Of a stretch of 64,000 nt of DNA, positions 28,628 to 38,423 are shown one piece after another. Numbering within the stretch: position 1 is the stretch's first letter; each line of letters starts with the position of its first letter. The stretch lies in the IMG/VR virus record IMGVR_UViG_3300025410_000009; one strand, given 5' to 3'. The DNA comes from a virus (Duplodnaviria; Caudoviricetes). The translations under genes were made by a program, and so were the position numbers. The notes below the pieces were generated by a model, which searched no databases, had not been told where the DNA came from, and was given only the letters and a program-made list of their open reading frames with translations.

Positions 28628-29092
28628 TCAGCTGGCGTACCAAATTTGTGTAAACCCTTCTTGTTCAGTGGGCATTTCGAAACTGGCCAACATACCTTCG
28701 ATAATAGAATCGGGAATTTCTTTTCCTGGACGACTTGTTAATCGACGCTGTAATTCGATTCTGTCGGGAGTTTCAAATACTATGGCAACGTGTTCATAAT
28801 CGGGTAACATTCCAAACTTACGAGCTCGGCTTGCCACAGTGGTACTGGTTTGATCCCATATAATGTCTCGTTGCATTTCACGGGCTACACCAACTTCTTG
28901 TGCCATTAACTCTACAGCCCGGGGCATGAATTCTGCGAATACTTGGCTGTAGGTTTTACCCACTTCTTGAGCATAAGCATCCACAAACTTGTCAGTATTA
29001 ATATATGCACAGGTCATAGTCCAATCTTGATTGTTGACCCAAGTGGTTTTACCACTAGCAGGAACTCCAACAAGTTGATAACATTTGGGCAT
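28628..29092 (-). CDS. P-loop kinase (AAA_33/polynucleotide kinase-like)
   Basis: LVGVPASGKTT, IIWDQT, lid RRLTSRPGK. Confidence 0.8.
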   Translation of the reverse strand: MPKCYQLVGVPASGKTTWVNNQDWTMTCAYINTDKFVDAYAQEVGKTYSQVFAEFMPRAVELMAQEVGVAREMQRDIIWDQTSTTVASRARKFGMLPDYEHVAIVFETPDRIELQRRLTSRPGKEIPDSIIEGMLASFEMPTEQEGFTQIWYAS

Positions 29093-29093
29093 A

Positions 29094-29291
29094 TCACTTC
29101 CAGTCGTCGGTGTTGCTTAATCTTTCAATTTCATCGGCAGCTTCTTCTAACAAGTCTGCTATACGATCGCGGGCACCTTCCTCGACACTACGACGTCCAG
29201 GAATTTGCCTGCGAATTTCAGCCCGCTTTCTCAAACGGAACACTAGACTTTGTTCGCTTACTGGTAGATGACTTTCGTCTTTGTTGTTCAT
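29094..29291 (-). CDS. Hypothetical protein
   Basis: 65 aa ending in RIADLLEEAADEIERL. Confidence 0.65.
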   Translation of the reverse strand: MNNKDESHLPVSEQSLVFRLRKRAEIRRQIPGRRSVEEGARDRIADLLEEAADEIERLSNTDDWK

Positions 29292-29297
29292 GTTGGT

Positions 29298-29326
29298 ATT
29301 GTAACACAGGTCACGACCTGTGTCAA
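29298..29326 (-). promoter_or_regulatory. Sigma70 promoter with a palindromic spacer
   Basis: TTGACA-17 nt-TACAAT; ACACAGGTC-N2-GACCTGTGT at 29304-29323. Confidence 0.8.
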
Positions 29327-29328
29327 GC

Positions 29329-30480
29329 CTAGATCTCCCGATTTGGGTGTGTGGGATATCGTCTAGTGAGCCAGTCTAGATTGTCTCGTTTGGGGTTGGG
29401 TTCATACCATCCGCGGCGTCCGTAAATGTTTAGGATGCTAGCAAAGTATTCTTCAAACATGGGAGCCACTTTGTCAAACAAAAAGTTACTGCCCCATTCG
29501 CGACAGTTCAAGGGATTGATACGTCCGGCATTACGAGCAGCCCAAGTTATTTGTTCGAATGTTCTGCAACGATATCCGGTAACACCATGTAGATTCAATT
29601 CACCAAAGCAGGCCCAGTCAGTGCTGATCACAGGAGTCCCACTCAGCATGGCTTCAATTTGAACTCCACCAAACGGCTCACCGTACTGTGTCATGACAAA
29701 CTGTGCTCGTGCACGACTCATGAGCCGGCGTCGTGTTTCTACATCAGCATAGCCCACCAATTCCACATGGTCTGGCACCTTTTGATAACCCATGTCAGCA
29801 ATGCTGCCTTGTCCGGCAATTTTTAAACGAGCACCAATTTCGGCTGTGGCCTGTATGGCAATGTGTGTGCCCTTGTGTTCACCAACACGACCTAGATACA
29901 AGAAATAGTCGTCTTTTTCTTCACTGTAGTCAAAATCGCGGGCATCAAAATAATTGGGAATAACTGCATCATACCAGCTGAACTTGCCAGGACCTTTGAC
30001 AGCATCCATACCAAACCATGCGGCCATGATGCTTTGACTTTCAAACACTCGATAGGGTGCAAACACGCCGCCAGGATAACCAATACCGGGTTCAACCACC
30101 AGCATATCGGGATGTGCATCAGCAATGGCTTTGTGACCCCAACCCCAAAAGCACAATAAAAAATCATTGGGCTGTTTACGCAGTCCCACCTCACGTATGG
30201 CATTGTCGTAGAAGTATCGGTAAGCACTGTCGTTGAGATCGTACTTGAAGGTATTGGCACGCCAGTCATGGTCACCGTAGGCAGCATCTAGTACTGCATC
30301 ATTAGTGACTGCAACATTTTCATCACAGGCCACTGTACTACGATCATGTCCGTAGTGAATAATGGTATGGCCACGGCCTTGCATCATGTCACAGAATTTG
30401 ACCACCTTCTGTGTAAAAGCACAGGCCACATAGTCTTTGTTTGAAATGGTGTGTGGTACACCTAATACGTGAAATCTCAT
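29329..30480 (-). CDS. Glycosyltransferase, GT-B (GT4-like)
   Basis: FLYLGRVGEHKG, EPFGGVQIEAMLSGTPVISTDW. Confidence 0.9.
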   Translation of the reverse strand: MRFHVLGVPHTISNKDYVACAFTQKVVKFCDMMQGRGHTIIHYGHDRSTVACDENVAVTNDAVLDAAYGDHDWRANTFKYDLNDSAYRYFYDNAIREVGLRKQPNDFLLCFWGWGHKAIADAHPDMLVVEPGIGYPGGVFAPYRVFESQSIMAAWFGMDAVKGPGKFSWYDAVIPNYFDARDFDYSEEKDDYFLYLGRVGEHKGTHIAIQATAEIGARLKIAGQGSIADMGYQKVPDHVELVGYADVETRRRLMSRARAQFVMTQYGEPFGGVQIEAMLSGTPVISTDWACFGELNLHGVTGYRCRTFEQITWAARNAGRINPLNCREWGSNFLFDKVAPMFEEYFASILNIYGRRGWYEPNPKRDNLDWLTRRYPTHPNREI

Positions 30481-31265
30481 ACGGGTGGTTGAAAAATTGG
30501 TGTAATGTATCTATTGTGTGTTAGGCTGTACGAACCCACTGGATAGCGATGATGATAGTGCCATCCCGGGTAGCCAGATCTACCACCTAAGGTATTACTG
30601 ACTTCAGCCCAAACTGGATTGCCGGATGCTATCCAAGCTTCGTGATCAAATCGATAAAGATTTTTATCTATGGTATAACCTGTGTACTCGCTGACCGAGC
30701 CCATGACATAGCTGTCGGGATGTGGCAAAGGTTTTAATCGTTTGATGTAACTGGTACGTGCCCACCAAAAACCACCGCTGTAGTGTGGCCAGTCTCGAGT
30801 TTTCAAATCGGCGCCCATAAACGGAACATCAATATAATTGGTACCACAAGTTTCATAACCTTGATCCAACAGCTGAACATTTTCTTGCCACTGATCAATG
30901 GTCCAATACTCCATGTATTCACGCCAGTCATGAATGCCTTGGTGCCCTTTATGTGTGATGCCTTTAAGGTGAAAATACATGATGTATTCTTCTTGTTCGG
31001 TACGATCAGCAATGTCTTTGACCAGCATCAGAGCCGGGTATTCCATTAGGTCGCTACGGTCTGATGTATGACACAATCTGACATTAGAGTAACCCGACAG
31101 CGACTGTGCCAGTGTAAGAAATTTGGTGATGTCACCATTCAGGCTGACATAGATATCAGCTCTAGTGCCCAGCTCAGTGGCCATTAATCGTTGCAGTTGT
31201 GCAACACTTTGTTCTTCGCTGCCGGGCAAATCGCAGCATTGGTAAACAACATTGAGTTTGGTCAT
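30477..31265 (-). CDS. Putative glycosyltransferase-like protein
   Basis: YFHLKG, HYSGGFWWARTSYI motifs; position in the sugar operon. Confidence 0.45.
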   Translation of the reverse strand: MTKLNVVYQCCDLPGSEEQSVAQLQRLMATELGTRADIYVSLNGDITKFLTLAQSLSGYSNVRLCHTSDRSDLMEYPALMLVKDIADRTEQEEYIMYFHLKGITHKGHQGIHDWREYMEYWTIDQWQENVQLLDQGYETCGTNYIDVPFMGADLKTRDWPHYSGGFWWARTSYIKRLKPLPHPDSYVMGSVSEYTGYTIDKNLYRFDHEAWIASGNPVWAEVSNTLGGRSGYPGWHYHHRYPVGSYSLTHNRYITPIFQPPV

Positions 31266-31276
31266 ATGGAGTATCT

Positions 31277-32119
31277 TTATAATAATGATTTAAGTTGTGT
31301 CATGGCATGATCAACATCAAATCGCCGCACACATTCGTTGTCCTGGCGAGCACATTTGTACCCCAATAGTGGCGCAGGCAATGTTTCAACACAGCCGTAA
31401 CATTCAATGTTGCTGGCAATGTTGATATGCCGGGCTTGACGATATCGAGGTTCGCGATATTCGGCACGTACTGCAGTGAAAAATCCCAATATTGGAGTTT
31501 CAGTACAAGCAGCCACATGCAGTAGGCCGGCATCTACACCAACAAAAGCACTGGCGCGATCTATCAAGGCCAAATTTTGATGTACTGTTAATTTATTGAC
31601 CAAGTTGACCAATTTACCAGGAATGTCTCTAACAAAATAGTCAGTGCCGTGTCCCACCAACACAATGGCATGATCCAATTCTTTAAGTATACGAAGAATC
31701 AATTCCTTGTAAAATTCCATTGGCAGATTACGATTGGGACCGTGATACTTACGCAGATGCAATACAACGAACCGGTCCGACAACTTTAAGTTGTCAATGA
31801 ACTCGCGGTCAGTGTGATCAGCAAACATTTCAGGTTTCAGATCTTCAACAGCAACATTGGCTCGTTCGGCATAGGCCTCAATTGGATGCAGCTTGGGTTT
31901 TAATTCGTAGGCTTGATCCAGGTTAATCACTAGATCAAACAGGGCAGGATCAACCTTAGTGGCAGCAGTGGCATAGGGGCTACGATCAAACACCAGTGGG
32001 TTTTCAGTCGAGACCACTATTTCACAGTCAGGCTGATACTTGTTGTACAAGGCTCTAACGATCCCGGTGGACAATATGACATCGCCCAAGGCCTGTTGGC
32101 GTACTACCAAAATCTTCAT
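31277..32119 (-). CDS. Glycosyltransferase family 9 (heptosyltransferase-like)
   Basis: RQQALGDVILST, FVGVDAGLLHVAAC. Confidence 0.85.
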   Translation of the reverse strand: MKILVVRQQALGDVILSTGIVRALYNKYQPDCEIVVSTENPLVFDRSPYATAATKVDPALFDLVINLDQAYELKPKLHPIEAYAERANVAVEDLKPEMFADHTDREFIDNLKLSDRFVVLHLRKYHGPNRNLPMEFYKELILRILKELDHAIVLVGHGTDYFVRDIPGKLVNLVNKLTVHQNLALIDRASAFVGVDAGLLHVAACTETPILGFFTAVRAEYREPRYRQARHINIASNIECYGCVETLPAPLLGYKCARQDNECVRRFDVDHAMTQLKSLL

Positions 32120-33354
32120 GTGGACTCTACGCTGACTCGAGGGAAGTAACGCAAGAATCGATCATGTTCGATACGACCACGTTCGGCCAGTATGCGATCG
32201 CGTATCTCGTTATAGAAGTTCCAAGCTAAGGGTATGAACAAGATTGGCTGTGACTCAGGAATGGTCTTTAACACATCGATACCAACTACGGGCACATGAA
32301 GTCCCGGGCTTACAAGACCCTGCTTCATGGGATTGTCATCAATGATCATGTCAGGGCTAATTTTGACAAAATTCAGCAAGGTATTGCCTTTGGCCGCAGC
32401 ACCATATCCGATTATTTTATAATTGCGTTCATGGAACAACTCAAAATGCATTCGGGTGCGGAACGCTGTTTCGTTTACAGTACGACTCCAACTGCGATAA
32501 GTTTCTATGTTGTACAAGCCGCTTAGTTTTTCCAATTGCACCTTGTTGTCAATTCGGCTGGGGTAGCTTTGGTTTACGCCCAACACAAACACATAGCTGG
32601 TGCCGTGTATGGGTGTTTTTTGTACATCCACTAGATTGAATCCAGTACGAGCACACAGTCTACGCATACTTTCGATATTGTAGAAGTTGACGTGTTCATG
32701 ATAGATGGTGTCAAATTCGTTGTTCAATACCATGTCCGATTGGCTGGTTTGAATAAAGAACAAGCCGTCAGGATTGATAATTTTACGTAGCGCAGTCAAG
32801 TAGCCCACTGGATCGGGCACATGAGCAAAACTGTTTTGTGCCACCACAAGATCCATCTGACCATGCTGAGCCATAAACCGATCAGCTGAATCAGCATTAA
32901 AGAAGTCACACATGATGGTGTGCTCTTGACTACTGGTGGGGTAGAGATTTTCAGCAGGGTCAATACCGTAGGTGTCTAGTCCCAACTGTTTGAAGTAGTG
33001 CAACTGTGTGCCGTCGTTGCAACCAATGTCCAGCACTCGACTGGGAGCGTCGTGAAAGTATTCACGTGCAAAGGTGGCAAACCACTCCATGTATTGGTGT
33101 TGAGTACGACTGGTACCGCTCACATACAAATAGTGTGTGTAAATCAAGCCAGGATCCACAGCATGTGTCAATTGCAAATGGCAGCAGTCATGACACACAT
33201 TTACCGCCAAGGGATAGAACGATTCGGGGTCGGTGGCGGTGGCCAAAAAATTATTGGCCAAGGGTTGATCGTTAAGGTCTAAGACCAATTCCAAATGATT
33301 GCCACCACAGGCCAAACATTCAGTCAAGTGTTTTGCTCCAGCAATATCTGTCAT
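32116..33354 (-). CDS. NDP-hexose C-methyltransferase (Zn-binding N-terminus, C-terminal domain)
   Basis: CLACG, QPLANNF, CHDCCHLQL, VLDIGCNDG, FDTIYHEH, GYGAAAKGNTLL, IDDNP. Confidence 0.88.
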   Translation of the reverse strand: MTDIAGAKHLTECLACGGNHLELVLDLNDQPLANNFLATATDPESFYPLAVNVCHDCCHLQLTHAVDPGLIYTHYLYVSGTSRTQHQYMEWFATFAREYFHDAPSRVLDIGCNDGTQLHYFKQLGLDTYGIDPAENLYPTSSQEHTIMCDFFNADSADRFMAQHGQMDLVVAQNSFAHVPDPVGYLTALRKIINPDGLFFIQTSQSDMVLNNEFDTIYHEHVNFYNIESMRRLCARTGFNLVDVQKTPIHGTSYVFVLGVNQSYPSRIDNKVQLEKLSGLYNIETYRSWSRTVNETAFRTRMHFELFHERNYKIIGYGAAAKGNTLLNFVKISPDMIIDDNPMKQGLVSPGLHVPVVGIDVLKTIPESQPILFIPLAWNFYNEIRDRILAERGRIEHDRFLRYFPRVSVEST

Positions 33355-33355
33355 G

Positions 33356-34111
33356 TCAATTCCTAATAGGGGCACCGTTGGGGGCAATGTTACCAGTCAC
33401 ACCCATTACGTCTCGGTTAATGACCTTGTTGGCATCTAAAAATTTATACAGGCAGTGCTCGATGTCGGCATAACCGCCAGCGGCCAAACGCTCGTACATG
33501 TATTGCAAACTGTTTTCGTAGGCTTGGATGACTTCTTCGTTGAGTGTAGTGGGCCAAGACCAAAGACGACACATGTACTGTGCTTCAACCAGGGTCACCG
33601 AGTACGGAAACTGACTGGACTGTTTGTGACCAATCACCATGCTGTGTTGATTCTTGTAGTCATCATAGAAGCCGATATCAAAACGCTCGTCCAAGATGTA
33701 TCTGCCGCTGACCTTGAACACACGCTGAAACTCGCCCAGCATGTCAACATCACGTGTCAATTTCTTAAGTGCGTTACCAAAACACATGACTTCGGTCACA
33801 TTCTTGACCACGTCCCAGTTATCGGTACTGTTGTACAAGCCAACCACGTCGGGGTCGGTGGTGAAGTCAATCACGTGATCAACTTGAGCAGTCAAGGTTT
33901 CGGCTTGACTGGCTGTCAGTGACACTCCGGAAATTTCTAATAAGAAAATCTTACAACCTGGGATGCGCTCACGCACACTGGCAATGGTGTCCAGTGTTTG
34001 TGCTAGTCGTTGTTCTGAACTGTAAACACCAAACTTGGTGTTAATTGCGCTGGTAATGATTACCGCATATTGATTTACTTGCTGAGCCAACGTGTGTTCT
34101 CCAAGGTCCAT
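33356..34111 (-). CDS. Hypothetical protein, putative glycosyltransferase
   Basis: IITSAINT...QTLDTIASVRERIP, FKVSGRY; sugar operon context. Confidence 0.45.
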   Translation of the reverse strand: MDLGEHTLAQQVNQYAVIITSAINTKFGVYSSEQRLAQTLDTIASVRERIPGCKIFLLEISGVSLTASQAETLTAQVDHVIDFTTDPDVVGLYNSTDNWDVVKNVTEVMCFGNALKKLTRDVDMLGEFQRVFKVSGRYILDERFDIGFYDDYKNQHSMVIGHKQSSQFPYSVTLVEAQYMCRLWSWPTTLNEEVIQAYENSLQYMYERLAAGGYADIEHCLYKFLDANKVINRDVMGVTGNIAPNGAPIRN

Positions 34112-35109
34112 TTTGTCATTTCTGTGATGCGATCACTCAACTTAATTTTTGGTTCCCAACCCAGGCTCTTTAACAAGCCACCATCAAGTGCATAACGCAA
34201 GTCATGTCCCGGGCGGCTGCCATGGAAGTCAACCATTTCATAGTTCAACACTTTGTCTTGTGCCTTGGCAATCATTTGAGCCAGGGTCAAGTTGTCAATT
34301 TCTTCAGTGCCCACCAAGTTGAATTTGGGGCAACGAGCATGACCATAGTCGCCATGATGTTTGTAATCTTTAAGTCCCAAGATAAACATCAAGCCTTCGG
34401 CTACATCTCGTGCATGAATGTACATGCGTGTGCCAGCATGGCGACGTGTGGGATCTGCGTGAATGTAGACTTTTTCTCCGTCTCGGGCACGTTGAATCAC
34501 CATGGGAATAAACTTCTCAGGGTGCTGGCGTTCGCCAAACACATTCATGGTATGAGTGACCACAATGGGCATTTTGTAAGTATTCTCATATGCCACACAG
34601 AATTCTTCAGCTGCCGCCTTTGAAGCTGAATACGGATTAGTTGAGTTGTATCTATCATATTCTTTATAGCTCACTCCGGGTGGTGCAACACCAAAAATTT
34701 CATCAGTTGAAAAATAAACAAAACGCTCTAGATTAGGCAAGTGTTTACGTGCATAGTCCAGCATGTTGACAGTGCCCACGGTGTTGTCTAACACAAATTC
34801 CATGGGGTATGTGATGCTACGATCCACGTGACTGCTGGCACCCAAATGCAACACGATGTCAATGGGACCAATGTCCTTGACAATCATTTCATTTAGTTCG
34901 GCCTTGAAGTCATGGAACACAATACGCAGACGTCCAGCAACGTCAACGGGATCATGCTCTTGTAGCATGTCGTGCAAGCGATTAAGGTTACCGGAAATGT
35001 CTAGTCGATCTAGACACACAATATTCCAGTCGGTGTCGGACAAGATTTTGTCGACCACATGGTGTGCAATAAAACCGGCACCACCGGTGATTAGTACGTT
35101 TTTGCTCAT
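34075..35109 (-). CDS. rmlB: dTDP-glucose 4,6-dehydratase (RmlB-like)
   Basis: GGAGFIA, SHVDRSI, STDEIFG, YSASK, NVFGERQHPEKFIP, RPGHDLRY. Confidence 0.9.
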   Translation of the reverse strand: MSKNVLITGGAGFIAHHVVDKILSDTDWNIVCLDRLDISGNLNRLHDMLQEHDPVDVAGRLRIVFHDFKAELNEMIVKDIGPIDIVLHLGASSHVDRSITYPMEFVLDNTVGTVNMLDYARKHLPNLERFVYFSTDEIFGVAPPGVSYKEYDRYNSTNPYSASKAAAEEFCVAYENTYKMPIVVTHTMNVFGERQHPEKFIPMVIQRARDGEKVYIHADPTRRHAGTRMYIHARDVAEGLMFILGLKDYKHHGDYGHARCPKFNLVGTEEIDNLTLAQMIAKAQDKVLNYEMVDFHGSRPGHDLRYALDGGLLKSLGWEPKIKLSDRITEMTKWTLENTRWLSK

Positions 35110-35134
35110 TGAAAATCTCAGTTGTATGTGTGTG

Positions 35135-35140
35135 TATTTA
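35135..35140 (-). promoter_or_regulatory. T4-type late promoter for the sugar operon
   Basis: TAAATA 25 nt upstream of the RmlB ATG. Confidence 0.65.
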
Positions 35141-35173
35141 AGTATCTTGTGCAGGTGCCCAAGAATTTAACTA

Positions 35174-35326
35174 TCATGCAGCCGATTTGTTTGATTCCAA
35201 GTACTCTTTGATCACACGTAACGCTTTGCGACTGGTGTCGTATACATATTCTTTGGTTTCGTCTTCGGTAGTGACCACCAGAATAAAACCATTTGCGGCC
35301 TTGCGGATTTCGATTGATTCAAACAT
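35174..35326 (-). CDS. Small hypothetical protein (50 aa, MFESIEIRKAANGFILVV...)
   Basis: Read manually; TAAGGA RBS and its own sigma70 promoter. Confidence 0.65.
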   Translation of the reverse strand: MFESIEIRKAANGFILVVTTEDETKEYVYDTSRKALRVIKEYLESNKSAA

Positions 35327-35357
35327 GCAGATTCCTTATAGTATAGTGCAGTACTAT

Positions 35358-35386
35358 AGTATACTGTATCTAGTGTTAGCGGTCAA
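35358..35386 (-). promoter_or_regulatory. Sigma70-type promoter
   Basis: TTGACC-17 nt-TATACT. Confidence 0.7.
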
Positions 35387-35390
35387 CCTA

Positions 35391-35855
35391 TTATTTTAAC
35401 TGTTTTACCATACGCACAAATTCAGGCACATACCCGTTGGCTTTGGCTATGTCCCGAATTCGTGTGTTATCAACGTGCAACATGCTGCCAGCACGAGTGC
35501 ACTTGTTGCGGCGTGCAGAAACTTCAAAAAATTGATGCAACTGGGCATACAACCCACGTCCTTGATATTGATTGTGTACATTAGTAAAAACAATCCAGGC
35601 CAAATCACTGTCAAATCTAAAGGTTATACTGGCTGCAATGGTGTCGCCATACTTGATATAGATTGTGGGATTGTTAGTAAACGGTACGGTACTGCCAATA
35701 GGCGCATGCCCGGCATCCAGCAGGTCGGCATACTGTCTCAATACTGTAGTATATAATGTGGGCACATCTTTGATACTACTGGTGTACCAAGCAGTATAGG
35801 TATCGCCCAATTTATCAGTCCCAGTTTTAATTTGAAAGTGAGTAATTTCAGTCAC
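35391..35855 (-). CDS. GNAT-family acetyl/acyltransferase
   Basis: VFTNVHNQYQGRGLY motif A; N...AKANGY. Confidence 0.8.
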   Translation of the reverse strand: MTEITHFQIKTGTDKLGDTYTAWYTSSIKDVPTLYTTVLRQYADLLDAGHAPIGSTVPFTNNPTIYIKYGDTIAASITFRFDSDLAWIVFTNVHNQYQGRGLYAQLHQFFEVSARRNKCTRAGSMLHVDNTRIRDIAKANGYVPEFVRMVKQLK

Positions 35856-36657
35856 GGCGTGAGCGTCCTAATACAGGTAAAAATATAACACAGGGATCAA
35901 ACTCCCACCACCGACCACTGGTGCCGCGGCCAAAATCAAAATTGGCTGGTCTAGCATGATGATTGTTGTGCCAGCCTTGACCCCAGCCCAAATAGCCCAA
36001 TACAAAATTATTTTGGCTATGATCTCGAGTGTCGAAGTTTCTATAACCAATCAAGGCCTTGACATGTCCAAACACATTGACAGCATTGTCCTGCAATAGT
36101 CCAACCATGCCGGGAATGAAACACATGCTCATGGCCAAACGCCAATCGTACAGGGCAATCACGGCCGGTGTCAACCACAATATCTCGTAGCAGTACTTGT
36201 GAAAGAACACAAAATTGGGTTTCTTGAGTAAGTCAACTGCATATTTCAAATTGACCACATTGAATGTGTCACTGTTGATCCAGCCCATGAAGGCTTGCCA
36301 TCGGCTGTAGGCCACTGGGCTATGATAATCTTTTGCAGTATCAGCGTGGGGGTGATGATATCCTCGATGTAGTGCTACCCAAAAAATACAAGAACCCTGA
36401 CCCGACAAGGTGGCAAAGAATAGTATGATGTTTTCTTTCCAAGTGGGTATCACATGTGTTTTGTGACTAAAAATTCTATGATAACCCACAGCAATACCCA
36501 GTCCCGAAATCAAGCACCACATGATCAATGATGACCATAGGTATACCAAGGGTATGATGCCTATAGCAAACAACACCGTGGTCACCAGGCCCATGGTCAG
36601 CAAAGGTACCACGCCAAACCACATGCCGCGATTGACATTAAATCTATTAAAAAACAT
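35848..36657 (-). CDS. Membrane acyl desaturase (delta-9/OLE1-like)
   Basis: His boxes HRIFSH, HRGYHH, WHNNHH; NAVN; TM helices. Confidence 0.9.
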   Translation of the reverse strand: MFFNRFNVNRGMWFGVVPLLTMGLVTTVLFAIGIIPLVYLWSSLIMWCLISGLGIAVGYHRIFSHKTHVIPTWKENIILFFATLSGQGSCIFWVALHRGYHHPHADTAKDYHSPVAYSRWQAFMGWINSDTFNVVNLKYAVDLLKKPNFVFFHKYCYEILWLTPAVIALYDWRLAMSMCFIPGMVGLLQDNAVNVFGHVKALIGYRNFDTRDHSQNNFVLGYLGWGQGWHNNHHARPANFDFGRGTSGRWWEFDPCVIFLPVLGRSRRD

Positions 36658-37259
36658 TATATGTTGCCCCCAATTGGTAATACTGTGCGGAATTCTTGTT
36701 TTAAAAAACTGCATCGCACAATACTGTCTGTGGGCAGCAGGCTACGCTTAAACAATAACTCCCAATCTCGATTGTAATAAGTTTTGTATTTAGCTGGTAC
36801 CATGTACTCGTCAACATAGTGATAACGATTGCTGTTGTATTCACTCCAGTACAGTCTACGTAGAATACGTGCATGGTCAGCATTGACCAAAGAATACACC
36901 TTTAATCTACCCTGTGCTTCTTGCATGGCAATAATGACATCCAAGATGTCTTTGAGTAGTGCATTGTTGCCATTGGATCTTGCCAGGGTATAGTACCAGC
37001 TGGGCTCATCGACACTGGTATAGTAACACACAAATGCATGCACGATACCCGCTTCGTCTATAGCACCATAGGCACCAAAGTTATTGAGATCACCAATATA
37101 GGCATTGCAAAATCTGTCGAATGTGGCATGAGCAAAAGTTTCGGGGTCAGTGTCCCACGTCTGTTGGTTTACCTCGGCACCCATGTATTTTTCATTGAAA
37201 AACAAATCGCGCACACCTGCACGATGTTCTTCGGTGAGCTTAACTATGTTCATGATCAA
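36657..37259 (-). CDS. Hypothetical protein, possibly GNAT-fold
   Basis: AYGAIDEAGIVHAFV beta hairpin; coupled in the ACP operon. Confidence 0.45.
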   Translation of the reverse strand: MIMNIVKLTEEHRAGVRDLFFNEKYMGAEVNQQTWDTDPETFAHATFDRFCNAYIGDLNNFGAYGAIDEAGIVHAFVCYYTSVDEPSWYYTLARSNGNNALLKDILDVIIAMQEAQGRLKVYSLVNADHARILRRLYWSEYNSNRYHYVDEYMVPAKYKTYYNRDWELLFKRSLLPTDSIVRCSFLKQEFRTVLPIGGNI

Positions 37260-38169
37260 TTCCCAATTGTTTGTATAATTCAGTTAAAGGTATGCCGTCA
37301 AGACTGGATTCTAATCTACGCACATGAGTTTGGTTCAGCGTATTGTAGGTTTCTTCATTGAATCCCAGCAATTTTTCGTAGCCGGTGGTCTTGGCCTTGC
37401 GTATCAAGTTGGGCATGTACTGATACAGCACTGAATTTTTAGTGCTCACGCTGCCCAGCTTGTAATTGAATCTTTCACGGACCATGCTGGCTATTGTGGG
37501 ATGACGTAGATAATACACCATCATTTCAGGAGTATAGCTGAACCACTCGTTTACCAGTGGCAAATTGTATTTGAGGCTAAAGCGCATGGCGCTGGCATCT
37601 TCGTTTTCGCGAATCACATAGTACCAATAACTGTCGCCGTTGGCAGGTACTTGTCGACGCAACAGCATCTCACCACCCATCACAGCCGGTAGGCCCATTT
37701 TTTTAATTTGGTTGTAGACTGTGAGATAAGCCATCTGACGACAAGCAATCTCACCAGCAAATTCGGCTGCGGCGCCACTGCGGTAAAATTCTCGAATGTT
37801 GACGTCGGCTACTTCGAGCTCGAGATCTAGTTGTTCGCACACCAACCGTGCATTGATATAGTCAATGTTGTTGTAGCGATTTTCAAATCGTATGAATACT
37901 GCACGAGGTCGAACACCAATTTTGAGAAATGCACGTAGCACTATCTCACTGTCAGTCCCGCCCGAAAACATGACCACAAAATCTTTGCCAAATTGATCAC
38001 GCACAGCTTCGGCAGTACGATATTGTTCATTCAGCCAGTTGCTGGTACGTAGTTGGTCTGGGTCAACTGTACCCACTGCCACACGATAACGATCAGTGGG
38101 CCATTCTCTAGTGCCGTAAAGTCTATCTTCGATCCAGTATTTTAAATGATTGCCTAGGGTAAATTCCAT
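37240..38169 (-). CDS. PP-loop ATP pyrophosphatase-like protein (asparagine synthetase/TilS superfamily)
   Basis: VVMFSGGTDSEIV followed by a Rossmann-like alpha/beta pattern. Confidence 0.65.
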   Translation of the reverse strand: MEFTLGNHLKYWIEDRLYGTREWPTDRYRVAVGTVDPDQLRTSNWLNEQYRTAEAVRDQFGKDFVVMFSGGTDSEIVLRAFLKIGVRPRAVFIRFENRYNNIDYINARLVCEQLDLELEVADVNIREFYRSGAAAEFAGEIACRQMAYLTVYNQIKKMGLPAVMGGEMLLRRQVPANGDSYWYYVIRENEDASAMRFSLKYNLPLVNEWFSYTPEMMVYYLRHPTIASMVRERFNYKLGSVSTKNSVLYQYMPNLIRKAKTTGYEKLLGFNEETYNTLNQTHVRRLESSLDGIPLTELYKQLGIDHEHS

Positions 38170-38183
38170 GTCAAATCATTTTC

Positions 38184-38408
38184 TTAGATCAAAACCATCA
38201 GATCCCCAAAAGTCACTGGTGCAGAATCAGGATCGGGAATTTCACGTCCCAGAGTCTCTTCGATCCACATTTGCAGTTCAATCGAATCTAGGCTATCTAG
38301 TCCCACATCAGTCAATTTGACTTCGGGTGTGATTTCCACAGTCAGCGGTTTCTTTTTAACTGCTTCTAGGCCTTTTATGATTAACTCGAGTTTTTCAGTA
38401 TCAGTCAT
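38184..38408 (-). CDS. Acyl carrier protein
   Basis: LTDVGLDSLDSIEL phosphopantetheine attachment motif; acidic 74 aa. Confidence 0.9.
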   Translation of the reverse strand: MTDTEKLELIIKGLEAVKKKPLTVEITPEVKLTDVGLDSLDSIELQMWIEETLGREIPDPDSAPVTFGDLMVLI

Positions 38409-38423
38409 GATGTTCCTTGTTGA

